The notes: a model not told the origin generated them from the letters alone. Positions 11,887-24,834 are shown, counted from the whole stretch's first letter. The stretch is DNA of 63,384 bases, filler included, from Asterionella formosa (GCA_002256025.1; 15 parts of 15 records of this genome joined end to end with filler, not necessarily neighbours in it); one strand, 5' to 3'. Numbers and translations are program-made.

Positions 11887-13064
11887 CCTTTGCACAATCA
11901 CTTTGTGTCTTTGTGTCCTTAACTTCCACAAGCAATAGTTTTTAAAAACGTGTTGAGATGTTCCAGATCTCCTTGATAGTACTTACATGTCCAGTGTCCA
12001 GTACTACTAGTTCTCCACTAGCTAGTTTTTCCAACAACACTTTAATCTAACTTTTAAATTTGCCTCTTTCAATGTTGTGATTACTTCAGATTAATTTTTC
12101 TATCAATCTTACCAAATTCTATTGATCCTGCCAAATTACTTGATCTTGCCAAATTGATCTTGTTTCACAAATTTTACTTTCTTGGATTTGTTCTTCACCT
12201 CAATCCACTCTTTCTCATTGGTCGATTTCATAGGATTTGCAATTCCAATCATCTCAGTCTCATCTGTTAATCTTGCATGTTGGACTTGATCTGTAGGAAC
12301 TGCTATTCCGTTTACGAATCCCACATATATTTTCCTGAACTGACCTTCTTGTTCCATGGAATTCCTCACCATGACTGTCGGTCGTGCAGACTGTGCAGTC
12401 ATTACAGTACTAGATATACCGGTACCAGGTACAACTGTCTGCTAACTGTAACATAGTCGTTTATCCTCAACAGGCACGTGATGACCCTACATAGAAATTT
12501 ATCAGAACTGTTTCCAAGCAAGCAGTACATGATCTCTTTTTCGAGGAGCAACCATTGAAAGAAAATGGTGTGGCTAGCTTCGAACATATTTAGTTCGGTC
12601 CTCGCATTGGCACGACAATNNNNNNNNNNNNNNNNNNNNNNNNNNNNNNNNNNNNNNNNNNNNTTAATTAATTAANNNNNNNNNNNNNNNNNNNNNNNNN
12701 NNNNNNNNNNNNNNNNNNNCTCTTCCTCCTCCTTCTTCTCTTCCTTCCATTCTTCTTCTGACTCTGAAATTTGTTCTTATTGGTGACGGAGACGCTCGTG
12801 CAGCCTTTGAGAGGAAGGGAAACCCTCGCTTGATAGTTTCCTTTGACCAAAACAGGACGACGACATCGTCGAAATCCAAGAGGGATGACGATCAATGTAT
12901 TGAGCAGGTTGATTGATATGTAACAATATGCATAGAGCACGCAAGTTCGGAAATGAGGAACCAAGTCTTGAAATGCCATTTCGGAAATAAGTCTCGAAAT
13001 ATCCCGGGAAATTAAATGTAGTCATTCAAATTGCACTGTTATTTCTAACTGTAAAAAATTTGTG

Positions 13065-13094
13065 TTTGTGTTGACCAAATTTGGTCAACACAAA
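13065..13094. repeat. Perfect 30-bp palindrome
   Basis: tttgtgttgaccaaa|tttggtcaacacaaa. Confidence 0.95.
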
Positions 13095-16000
13095 GCAACA
13101 TAAATTTTGGGGTTATGATTACAACAATTTATGTTATTTTTATTTATCATTTTTTAGCGCATTCTTCCTATTCTATTTCTAGAGTTGCCGTAATTGCGCT
13201 CCATGGCCAGTATAAGGTGGGGAGATGGAAAGGTTGCATTTCTCTTGTCAGCCAGAGAATGGGATGATTAGTGCAGTTTGGGTTAAAGATTTCCATTTCT
13301 GCCCCACTTCTGGTGATACTCTCAATTTGAAGTCTCCATAACAATTGGTGATTCCAGGGCTTCCAACGCATTGTTTTTAAATTTTTTATCACTCAAATTA
13401 TTGCATTTTGCAGCACATCCAGCTCTGGCGCAATTTCTTCATCAGTGATTTCTTATTTCTCTGTCTTCTTCTTGATTTTTGTTGATGTTTAACATATTGC
13501 CATTCTTGTACTATTCTTCTTGCTGCACTCACTGTAGTGAAAAAGGAGTTAAACGTCTTCTTTTCTTTCTCTTGTGGCTGACTTTGCCTGGTTCTTCTTT
13601 TGTTTGCGTTTTTTTGATATCATTGCCATGGATTCCCCAACTGTGCGTAGTGTTTGTGTGAAACGCCAAATCGACATCCATGCAATTGCTGTTTTACAAC
13701 TCTCCGCCCTGCATTAATCTTTGTTTGCTTTTCCATCTCCTCCTCTTTCTGCAATCTATTTCTGTTGGATTTCATTACATGTGTGATTTGTTCTTTCTTT
13801 GCTTTGTTCGCCGCTTGGATAGCGCCTTTCGTCATGGTGAGTCGGTCTTTTTAGGAATTTTTAACTATCGGGCTCCGGAGGTCCCTGTGGCTTACGTTAC
13901 TAAATTCTGTGATCAGCACTGTAGTTCTGTGGTATGGTAGCCTTTCTTAAACTCGTCTTTATACTTGGCAAAAGAATGAAAAAATTTATGTTATAATACA
14001 CATGATACAAAAAAACTATCATCAGAGCGCGCCCACTATTATCAATCGCTATTCCTTCAATCAAATGATACTTTGGAGTGATTGCCTTTGAACGAATCCG
14101 ATCTCATTGGTTTCCCTTCAAGGGGTCCTTTCCCTCAAATGAGTTGCCAAAAATCATGGAAAAGGATGGAATGTAAATACCCCACAAAAAGAATTTTCCT
14201 GCAATTGCTGTGATCTGGAAGTGTGGCCGAATTGTGAATGGTGTCCAGGTACATACTCCGGATCACCATGATGTGTTGGAAAATTTTGCAAACATGTGTG
14301 CAACGGCTGGATGGCTAACAAAGTGTACGATGATTTATTTGCTTTATTTAAGTCCCAATCAAAGAATTGCTTAATTCTGTTCAAGGCAATATTCAAGCAC
14401 CCCAATAACAGTTGTTGTACTATGCAAAAGCAGAATACCCTGTCACCTTAGTCTAGAATGGTGGACAAAAGTACTGTATACTATGATACGAAGAATCACC
14501 TAAAAACTGAAAGTCATCCTTATTTTACCTTATATTACGACTCCAATTATTTTAGTTACATGGTAATGTTGAAGCAACTACATCGGCAAATAGAAAACAT
14601 CTTGTTCGTGTGATGCATTATATAATGACAATCATATGATCGTATACATTCGATTATTCATCTAATATGTTTAACAATTATCGTCATAGAGAATATTGTA
14701 AGTATAAATATAATGTATGTTTACTATCACACTACGAAACAAAACTCCCTATTCCCTGCCGTTTTTACAACCCTAGCGATGTTTTCTCAGAACTAGGGTT
14801 AAGCCGTGGCTGCAACCTTAACAAGACCTGCAAGTTTGATTCTCGCAGGGCATGGAATAGGTAAGTCGAACTAATCAAACGAAAAGGAGAGATCAGTGGG
14901 TCACTAAAAATAGTCTAAATTTATAATATTCAGCACACCAAGAGTAGCTGCCATGGCGCTTCGGATGGACTTCTGATATAGAAGAACATTAGAATTTACC
15001 AAATTCTTCCCTGAAAATGGTAGGTGTTTGCATCGGATTTGGTGAATTGTGCTTATTTCGCTGTCCCATCAAGATGTTGACTTTTTACAAATTTTCACAA
15101 TTTCTATTTATGACAAAAGAATATTTCATCACGGTTTTGTCAATATTTTTTAAATTGTGACATATGCAATTTGGTTGCTCAGAGCAGCCAATTTACGAAC
15201 TTCCTCAATCTAACGACTTGCTGGTAAGCGATTTTTGTGTGCGTGTGATTTTTGATATTGGATTATGGCACCTAGAAAGTGCTTACCCGCTGCACGGAAA
15301 CTGATACCCCTTATTTCTCCGGGCAGCCGAAGTTGGGAGGTTTAGCATTCAAAATTTCAGTATGAAGGTCAAAACATGCTATTAGTCACCTATTTGTACA
15401 TGTTAAGTGCTTTATGCTATGTGTATTGTGCACAGACCTCGCTGATTATTTTCAATTATCTCGCAAAATTCTAGTTTGCATGCTTCGCAGACTTTTTGCA
15501 AAGTTCGCGAAATTCACGTACTTTTTGAAAAGTGCACGCACTTGTCATTTCGTCAAAGCGAGTTTGAGGTCTGATAAGGCATTAAACATCCATGGGCAGC
15601 ACAAATTTATCTACCAGTAGCTCAGTGTAAAGGTATAATTTATCACACTGAGAGAAATTGAACAAACAGACCTTTAAAGAGCACGAAATTCACAAAAGAC
15701 CTCAACAACCGCGAAACGCAGCATAAAACCGCAAAAGAACGGGAAACCAAGATATGCGATTTTTTGTGCATTCGTCTCCGGCTTTTTATGGTCTTTTTAC
15801 GTTCTTTTGCGAAGTCCGCGTTCTTTTGCGTACACAGTATTTTGAAAGGCGTGATGTGAGGTCAATTTTAGATAAAACACAGTCTTGGTAGGTGACTTTT
15901 TGTACTTTGGAGTTTCCATCAACATTTTTATTACCCATGCATCAAAAATTTCATCATGTACTACTACCAACTGGTGTTGTTCCTAAAAAATGACTCTATG

Positions 16001-16471
16001 ATAATGTGGTCTCGACCTATGCATAAATCGAACTAATACAGCTACCATGGTATGGTACCTATTTCCAGGTACCTGGATTGGGGTATACCAGTAGCCTAGT
16101 ATATTCTCTAGTGAGTTTTTGAAGGATGCCGGAAATGAAGTGACGCAAAGAATGTAGCATTGGTTAATGAGTATAAAGGGTACTAGTGATATGGAAGTAT
16201 CTCAAAATGCTGTAGCTGTGTTGTCTTTGACTACTTCCCCATATTACATTTTCCTTGTCATGATGATAAATATGATGACTTCTTCATCCAACAAATTATA
16301 CTTTTAGAAACTACAATCTACAAATGTACTATGCTAGAAACTAATGAAACATTTCAAAGTCACAGGTACTAAACAAGCATTGCTGGATTTATGTGTACCA
16401 AGGTTCCTAAAGATATGCTAAAAAATATATATATGTATCCATCCTCCCTCCTCCTCCATCAGCCATATTAC

Positions 16472-16854
16472 TTACTCAATATCAAATCCAGTGGAAGCCA
16501 TGGTGACTGCCAACTTCAACTTCTCCTTCAAATCCTGTCGTGTCTCATACATTGGTAAATCAATTCGATTGAAACAAGTACTGGAGCAGTAGAAAAGAGG
16601 AGAGTGCGGTGAGCAAAAGGTACATTCATTCAGCAGCAAGGCGAGTGCAACAACAATACATGAGAGACTTACTGAGCTCGAGGATAAAGACAGACATTCA
16701 CTCCTACTCCATGAATGGTAAATTTCCGAACATTTCCATCATTTCCTTGCAACACTCCAAATCCTCGACTTGGAACACCACTGGTTCCTGTCACAAATTG
16801 CAACAATCGCGCCTTGGTTTCCCGATCAAATTCACCAACAACCTCCCAAAACCA
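16472..16854 (-). CDS. HECT-domain E3 ubiquitin ligase, 3' end (5' part beyond the contig edge). Exons >16854-16673 and 16580-16472
   Basis: [32 protein letters not shown]...YPRAH^[35 protein letters not shown]; removing the 92-bp GTAAGT...CAG intron restores the catalytic AHTCFN motif. Confidence 0.96.
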
Positions 16855-17019
16855 NNNNNNNNNNNNNNNNNNNNNNNNNNNNNNNNNNNNNNNNNNNNTT
16901 AATTAATTAANNNNNNNNNNNNNNNNNNNNNNNNNNNNNNNNNNNNNNNNNNNNTAAGGAAAAGAACTGCCCTGCAGGCGTATTTTTGGTTATTTTATTA
17001 CCGGTAGTGACAATGGAAA

Positions 17020-17200
17020 TGATACCCGCGTGAAAACGTCAGTATCACTGATACTGTTTTTGGAGGGGGCAAAAAAAGGTATCAATTTTGTATCAATGAT
17101 ACAAAATTGATACTATCAAGTTACCATTGCTGATACCGTGTTTTGATACCAACCGTCACTTTTTGCCCACAACCCGGAAATGATACAGCAAATCCGGAAT
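17020..17200. repeat. Cluster of TGATAC/GTATCA motifs including a perfect 17-bp inverted repeat (17079-17113); likely DNA-transposon subterminal region
   Basis: gtatcaattttgtatca-a-tgatacaaaattgatac plus several more GATAC copies; similar GTATCA clustering at the Harbinger end 41145-41290. Confidence 0.55.
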
Positions 17201-17802
17201 GATAAGAACGACCCTTTTTTTTACCGGTAGTAACTGGTGTTGCAAGGAGCACCACCACCCAGGTATCATAATGTTACCTGCGAAGGAAATACAAAAAGTG
17301 CGCAGACCGGTAGCGTTGGAATTACTTCGATAAAAAAGCATACCACCCTGGCGGAGTCTTCATGGTACCTGCAAGTTGCGGAAAATGAGAAATTTTCCTT
17401 TGTTTTCATCATAGTAAAAACCGTCTTCTACTGCAACTCCCTGGCTGCTAAGGTGTATACCGGCATTTTGACTGAGGCCCTTCAGATTGGCCTCCTCGCA
17501 GAACCGTTCGTGCCATACCTGCGGCAGGGGTCAATGGGAAAGCCGACATAATATACCGATAAATGGTTTTTTCTGGGGTATATATATATATAGTTATTTA
17601 TGCTTGCCTTCAGGAATATTGAATAGCTAGACTCTACTACAGTTACATAGGTAGTGCTTACGCGGCAGCTATTATTACACCGGCCGATATATATATGTGC
17701 GGTAGATATTCAGCAATTTAATAAGAACGAACATGATGGTGACCGTGAACACGACCACACGGCACCAAAGAAGCCTATCGTACACCCCACTCCTCAACAA
17801 CC

Positions 17803-18684
17803 ATGACAATATCCCAAGTTATTTTTGGATTCTTCTTTGTATTCCGTTGGTCCCAAGGATTTACCTTGTCACCTATATTATTTGGAAAATCCTTTTCTCT
17901 GCGTGCTGCGAACGAAGGAAAAAATGATAAGCGCCAAACATTTTCACGAATCGTGTCAACAACGTGGTCCAAGGACGAAAAGAAGCGCTTCTTCGGGGGG
18001 TACGAATTCGGCTCCATCACAAAGGGCTTACTGGGAAAGACAGCTTCTACAATAAAAGGGATCACTGGTAACGATGAGTACAAATTTGGGGACCTGACCA
18101 AGACTGTCGTCAGTAAATTCACAGGAAATGACGACTACCATTGGGGGGATATTACACGTGAGCTCACGAGTCGTGGTGGGTCTGTCATTTCAAACTTTAC
18201 GGGCAACGAAGTATACGTTGTAGGGGATGTTTCAAAGGAGATTATAAGAAGGGTCAAAGATGGCGAATATAGGATTGACGATGTGGTACTCTTGTTCAAG
18301 TTGTTGATGAGATTTGGGTTTGGCCTGTCGCCGGTGTCGGGTGAACTTCCAATCAAATTGCTATTGGAAGTGATGAATTACTCACTAGCAACAGAAGTGG
18401 GAGAAAGGATGTTGGAAGCGCTGGCAACAGCTTTGGATGAACGCTTTAAGGAGGCACTAACAGGAGATAAGGGTTACAAGCTTGGTGATCTCAGCAAGAA
18501 GGCAATTATGGAGTTTATTGAAAAAACGGATGGCGAATACGAATTTGGTGACATATCAAAGGCAATTTCAAGAAAACTAGCAAACAATGACTTCAAATCA
18601 TTTGGAGGCAGCGAGAGTATGCATCCAAAACTGTTGGCAGAACTTGAGATGCTGGATAAAGTTACGCCACCAGTAGTTAGTTGA
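17803..18684 (+). CDS. Uncharacterised 293-aa protein with YxxG(D/S)xx(K/R) repeats and a probable signal plus plastid transit peptide
   Basis: Intact intronless ORF; hydrophobic N-terminus ending SQG|FTLSP followed by a Ser/Arg/Lys-rich stretch; six repeats (YEFGSITK, YKFGDLTK, YHWGDITR, YVVGDVSK, YKLGDLSK, YEFGDISK). Confidence 0.85.
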   Translation: MTISQVIFGFFFVFRWSQGFTLSPILFGKSFSLRAANEGKNDKRQTFSRIVSTTWSKDEKKRFFGGYEFGSITKGLLGKTASTIKGITGNDEYKFGDLTKTVVSKFTGNDDYHWGDITRELTSRGGSVISNFTGNEVYVVGDVSKEIIRRVKDGEYRIDDVVLLFKLLMRFGFGLSPVSGELPIKLLLEVMNYSLATEVGERMLEALATALDERFKEALTGDKGYKLGDLSKKAIMEFIEKTDGEYEFGDISKAISRKLANNDFKSFGGSESMHPKLLAELEMLDKVTPPVVS

Positions 18685-18855
18685 TGCCTACAGATCCTTT
18701 ATGCTGTTGCTATATTTTAGCTTTTTCTATGTAAGTTGGGAATGGAAAATGTGAAAGAACACCAATGAAATTCTTTGTTCCTGTAGACTGCGAACTTGTC
18801 AAAATGATATCAAAGAGGTCCTAAAGTACTGCATTTGGAAAAATAGGTGCATTCA

Positions 18856-20552
18856 GCAAGTTGCGGTAATTTTGCTGAACTAAGGATTTAGCTGTCTTTA
18901 TTCCATATTAAATTGTTCATTTAAGCATTGTTGATTCATAATTCAAAAATTAAACAAAATTGTCGTTCATCATTGTCATGACTTTGTCAATCAGCAAAAT
19001 TGTCATGATGTTTACCCGGTACCTGGGACACAGCTACATTGCCTGCAGTTATTGTATGGCCTACATATTTTATGTATGAGGAATGTCAAACAATAAGTGT
19101 GCTGTCACGTGATACAAGAAATTGAATATTACTCAAACCATCAATAAAATAAATAACTGAAGTTGCATTTGACCCGAAACCAATTTTAATAGTGGAGCAT
19201 TGTCGAAACTGACTCCTATTATAATGGGAAAAAACATCGAAAGGGACAATAGATATAGGGTAGTAATCTGTAATGGACTAATAATTTTGTGGACTATTTT
19301 ACAGGCAAACTCCGCTACATTTTGTATGACCAAGGGTACCTTGTACCAGGTACTACCAGGCAGAGTAAAATGCTACTATTTGCATATATGGCTGGGTGCA
19401 TCCTAAAATTAGGTACTAGGTAGCTACTGTACTAGCCACGAGCGAGTAGTTTAACAAATATTTTTAGCTTCAGTAAAAATTTGAACATAAACAACATACA
19501 TATGAATAAATTTTATGTATACATTTCAATAATTTCAACATCCAATCACTTTGTTGTCGTGGTTGAGTTCATTCATGATGAACTTGAAATCGAAGTCCAT
19601 TGCACAGCAATGGCTGTGAAAGTGTTGTAGTAGCTTAATTGTAACTCCTATAGGACCGTTTGTGAGGCATTCCTGTACAGTTTCAACTCCAGATAGCCCA
19701 CTGTCAAGCTCAAGAGCTCTTGCACGTGAATTGGTTGGTCATGTAGGCGTATATTTGCCGTGGTGCTTAACACAAACTAGGTCATAAATGAACCAAATCG
19801 TGTGTTCCCACGCAGCTTGGTGCGTTTACTGATAGCGCTTCTCGTGGCGATCATGTTGATAAATCAAGCGGCGCAGGAGGTTGTAAAATTGTTGAGTAAA
19901 TCAACAGAATAATACCGACATGGTCAGTGTGATTTTAAAATGGTTTTTTAGGCGCAAAATATTATTTACAGTAGGGTCAGGTTTTTGCTAATTCAGGCTA
20001 CCTCATAGCCCCAAAAAATTACGCCCAGCCATCTATAAAGACTACTCCATACAGATTAAGTTTATATTCATAATAGTTAGTAGCACCACTACCGGTATTT
20101 CAATTGATCCTAACCATTACCAGTAGGGTACATGGTATGTTAAATCCAGAACAGAGGATATGGAGTTCTTCACCTTGGCCAGAAAAAACTAATTTTGGAG
20201 ACTTCAGGAAATTCCATGCATTTCCTGAAATTTCCTTATGCATTTCCTTATGTTTCCTGAAAGTCATACTAGGCATTTCCTAAAAGTCATAGTAATATGC
20301 TTTGTGTTCTCATTTTTGTAATTAGAAGAATTCAGCTATTTATTTTGCTGAATAGTGCTAGTACTATGAATAGATGATGTCTTTTATTTTTGAATAAAAT
20401 ATGTCACTGTCTGGTAACATGTTGTCCGTTTCAGGAAAATTACAGCAACTTGCAGGTAGAACAACCAGATGCGGTCATTTTGCTTAAATAAACAATTTAT
20501 TATCTGATAAAGGCAGCTAAATCCTTTGCCCAGCAAAATTACCGCAACTTGC
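18856..20552. mobile_element. Putative non-autonomous DNA transposon bounded by ~72-bp inverted repeats
   Basis: 18856-18927 gcaagttgcggtaattttgctg...aaggatttagctg...ttaagca is the reverse complement of 20481-20552 with a few mismatches; no long internal ORF; target-site duplication not evident. Confidence 0.65.
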
Positions 20553-21189
20553 AGATATCACAGGCAAAAATAATTGTTATAAAAATTTTTTTTTTTAAGT
20601 TTGATCAATCATGCTATGATAATAATCATCACTTTCTGATGTACCAAATTTATTAGAGTAGTCTAGGCCTAGTTTACCTGAAAAAGAAGTGCCAAGTACT
20701 GGTATTAGTGATATTACAAACAGTTGAATCGAGGTGCTTACTGGTACTCCAACACATTCTCTCCTCTACATAGATACAGCGACCGGTATATTATACTGGT
20801 ACATGGATCTGTTCCTAAATACTGGTAAGCCCAAGTGCAATTGAGGCGGAGAGCAAAATGGCCCCGGAAAATTTTTAAGAGCCGCTGACGCAATTGTTTT
20901 CGAACAGAGGGAGCACCAGAAAGGAGGACCAGGTACGTGTTCTCCTTACATACATTTTGAATGTCCTTCACATTCCTTTCGCAGGTATTGAGTACAGTTA
21001 CGTAGCCACCAGAAAGCTGCGGAAACGAGAAATTTAGCTATGTTTTCTCGATAGTCAGAACCGTCTTTTTCCGCAATCACAGCAAGTATNNNNNNNNNNN
21101 NNNNNNNNNNNNNNNNNNNNNNNNNNNNNNNNNTTAATTAATTAANNNNNNNNNNNNNNNNNNNNNNNNNNNNNNNNNNNNNNNNNNNN

Positions 21190-23917
21190 CCACCAACGCT
21201 CAGAGCTTGATCTCAAACCATATAGTGCTTTTCGGATGAGAATGATTGATCCCCTCAACTCCTCTCCAAATTCTGGTCCAGCACGGGAGTATACTAGCTC
21301 ATTAGTGTATGCATTGACGTAAGCATTTCCAACATCGCCACAAAGCAGCTTCAAGTTCTGCTTGTGTGCAATCACATGTAGCATTCTAACACTTATGCCT
21401 TTCACAGTTGAAGAGTAAATATTGTTGTCAAGTGCGTCAACTAGATGTCCGCCAGCCACAAGTCTTGCCTTGCGCCGTAGATCTTGTTTGACGTCAAAGA
21501 TCACTGTCAGTGTTGTCCATTGATATCCGACTCCAGGGTTAAAATCTGGCTTCTTAAATTCAAAACATTCCATTTTGACAAGTGAGGAGATTTCATGTTT
21601 GATTGCCTCTTGCCAGAATGTGTTTCCACTTTGCTTGTCCAATTCCATTGCATGGGTGACATTTCGTGGGACCTCAACGCCATACTTGAGAATTTGCTTC
21701 CTAATCTTAGGATGCTTCTTCTTTCTTATGTCGGCACGCCTCACTGTGTACACCTGATCACATCCATCAAAATGAAGCTCATATAACCTTGCAATTCTTC
21801 GGACAGCTCGTTTGATGTCTCGAACTATTTTCTTTGCCCATTGCATGACTCTATCCAGGCGTTTGGAACGACTGACATTATTGTCTACAATGTATTGTGC
21901 TGTCATGTTTGGATGGTCAAGCTTCAAGTCCTGAAATGATTCCCAGGAGACATTTTCAGTATCCCAGTGCACCTCCAACTCAAGTTGCCCGGCCTTCCAG
22001 CAATGCGCTCGAATATCAGTTACCCTGGAACCATTCATCTTTGTTGCCTCTGTATGCTCTTCAGCTAGCTCATTATTGATCTCATCACACATTTCAATGT
22101 CGTGTGTTGCGTCAAGTGGATCAAAGTCGAACTGAACATCATCGGTGTTGGATGGTGGATTTTTTGATATGTTGTTGTCTACTTCTGTTGTAGTGCATTG
22201 CTTGTTGTCTACTTCTGTTGTAGTGCATTGCTTGTTGTCTACTTCTGTTGTAGTGCATTGCTCCTCTTTCCCCCCCTGCTCCTCTAGACCCTTTGATGTT
22301 TCAATGATCTGAGGAGTAGGAGCAAAATGAACTAGACAAATAGGATCGTGATCCTCTGGTTCATCTAGAGGTTCAGGAATAGGACTGGTGGGAGCGTTCC
22401 TTTTGTGTTTACGATCCTTCATTTTTGTTATTCTGGCCTTGAGCGTAAGGTCACCATAAGGTACCTCATCACTGTAAGGCTCAGCTGAAGTTTCCTTTCG
22501 TGGTCGAACAATATTACAAATGAGTTCAACACCTTTTTCCCAGTTACCATCAGGACATGTCCAAATGCGATAAGTTAATGCATCTCCATGGTTCCATGCG
22601 ATACCAACAAACCTTCCTAGAAGAAAGTTTGGGTTGGGGTACTTGGCGGTTGGCTCATAGTAATAGATTGCTTGCCAGAAGGAAAATCGAAACACAGAAA
22701 TGTCTGGAGTTCTTCCGTAAAGTCTCTCAATGGGAGTCCTCCAATCCAGTCCCTTATGTGCTGAATGATTTAGGCAATCAATAACCCACATCATGCAATA
22801 GCACCAGAACGTAAGTGCTGGAGCTTTTGCCAAGCGTAGAGATAAAATAGTTCAAGATTTAATGTCTCGGATCTTGAGCTCTGCCTGGTTCTGGTTTTGG
22901 TTGTGTGTGGGACAGAATGGATTTGTTTTGTGATGTTTTCCCAGCTTGTTTTAGTCCACAATATGCCAGACTGAGTTTGAGAGTTATCAGTCAACAAAAT
23001 GTTGGGAGCTCCAACCTCACGTACAAAATCCTGGTATGCTCCATGTGAATGTGCCTCTCTAAACATACAACGTGCAAACAGAAATTGCGATGGAATATGA
23101 ATGAAGAGTTGCACACATGAGTAGTTCCGGATGGACTTGATAGATGAGAAAAATGTATCCGAATCTGTCCTGCCATCGAGTCGATTAGGATGAAGAGGAA
23201 TTAGACGCTTCTTTCGATGCTGTCTGGGTGCTTCTCTATTCTCCATTTCAACTGTCTGGGTGCAGAGCTGTGTTGTTGCTTCGAGTGTCTTCTTGGTTAC
23301 AATCTCAGTTGAATTTCCAAGACGTTTCTCCCATAGAGTTGGCTCCTCTTCAACAATGCTTCCGCGTCCCCTCCTAGATGACTGCTTCAACAACTCAGAT
23401 GAGTTGCTGGGAATTCGTGGTGTCAACCAATGAATTGTGTGGGAGTTTGCTTCTTCGATTGTAGGTAGGCAAACATTGAATGTAAGAAGTTTTTCATCAT
23501 CAGTGAACAATAGTTTAATCTGAATGTTGTCAACCTCAATGCATTGCAAACCGCTATCCCGTTCAGAAATGTCATGAACAATAACATTATTGTGCCTCAT
23601 CACATGAGTGTTGATCAGCAGCGCTTAAAGGCTGCTCCCCCCAACCCAAGTAAATAAGTTTCTTTTGTTTCTGGATGTTCATAAGCAGTGACTGCATTGA
23701 CAATTGGAAGAGTAGGTCCATCCATATTGGCCCCCCAACCATACAGTTTTGCGCTCTTGCTCACTTTTTCCAGAACTCTCCATCCAACTCCGCCAATGAC
23801 CTCAAATTCAGTTCCTCCATCAAGCACAACCCTTGCTGCTTCCCCCGGAATGCGTCCACGTCGGAGTACTGGGTTGCGACGTATACTATACTTCGAACAA
23901 AGTGCTAGATATATCAA
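21190..23917 (-). mobile_element. CoDi-type Copia pol (protease, integrase, chromo-like segment, RT), frameshifted, runs off the contig
   Basis: VVLDGGTE; TDSDTFFS...LLTDNS; GRTPDISVFRFSFW; FDVKQDLRRKARLVAGGH; GDVGNAYVNA; KALYGLRSS; Copia order INT then RT. Confidence 0.95.
22172..22262 (-). repeat. In-frame 30-bp tandem repeat, three copies (QCTTTEVDNK), in the Copia INT-RT linker
   Basis: tgttgtctacttctgttgtagtgcattgct three times. Confidence 0.95.
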
Positions 23918-23969
23918 TAGTCATTTGGAAAGGTAAAGCGATCGTGATATTCCAAAATTGTCAAAATAC

Positions 23970-24830
23970 TACAGATCTGGGATGACAGCTTTGTCGAAAA
24001 TGTCAGGGCAAGATGGGTTCAGAGAACATGCACCTAGAAAAGGATTTCACATTGCTGTTATGGTTATGTATATCTATCAATGACACTTTATTCATACCAC
24101 AGTATACATCAACATGTGTTGATATTTTAGAGGAAAGGGTAAAGAGAGGATTTATGTCAGTTACTAAGATTATGATTTGTCCCCAATGGGAAATGATATC
24201 TCAAATTGGGTTACGAATGGCAAAATGTCACAGAATGAAACATTACCCTCATCTGATTAGGAAGTTCGGATCTCCTTTTAATTTCTTTGGTGGATATTTG
24301 GAGTCTTTTTTGAAAGACAAATTGAAACGACCCAGTAAGCGTGTCAACGGACAATTACATCGATTAAAGCATGACATTTTAACAAGGTCATCTGAAACAA
24401 GGCAGTCTGCCTTGGCACGAAAAATTGTTTTTGTAAGTGATTCATTACATACAGAAAACAAACAAAAGAAGATGAGTAGAGAAAATACCATCAATGTAAC
24501 TGAGGGTATTTCAACAGAAATTGATTTCGAAGGAATGATTCCGGATACAATGATGTTGCCTAGTAGGTCACCTGATAATTTGGGAATGTTGCCTACTAAC
24601 AAGATCCATTCCCAAGCCCTTCCTGTTAAAGTTCAAGTCTCTGCTTTATCATCAAATGGTCTATGGACTATATCAGGTGTCCCTAATAAGATTGGGCATG
24701 TATCACAGAGTAAGGATTCACCTTTGTCTTTATTGATTCATCCTGATTTACCGAAGGGGGCCAACTACGTAAAGAGCATTGCGAATTCAGCAATAGAAAT
24801 AGCAAGAATCTTTGGAGTGTTTTTGGCGGA
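23970..24830 (+). mobile_element. Plavaka/CACTA-like transposase C-terminal fragment
   Basis: GLRMAKCHRMKHYPHLIRKFGSPFNFFGGYLESFLKDKLKRPSKRV; paralogue of 2575-3050. Confidence 0.6.
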
Positions 24831-24834
24831 CGGT

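Noticed and set aside
12720..13980. Possible two-ORF Harbinger-like unit
   Set aside because: Only compositional hints; no catalytic or Myb-like motif readable
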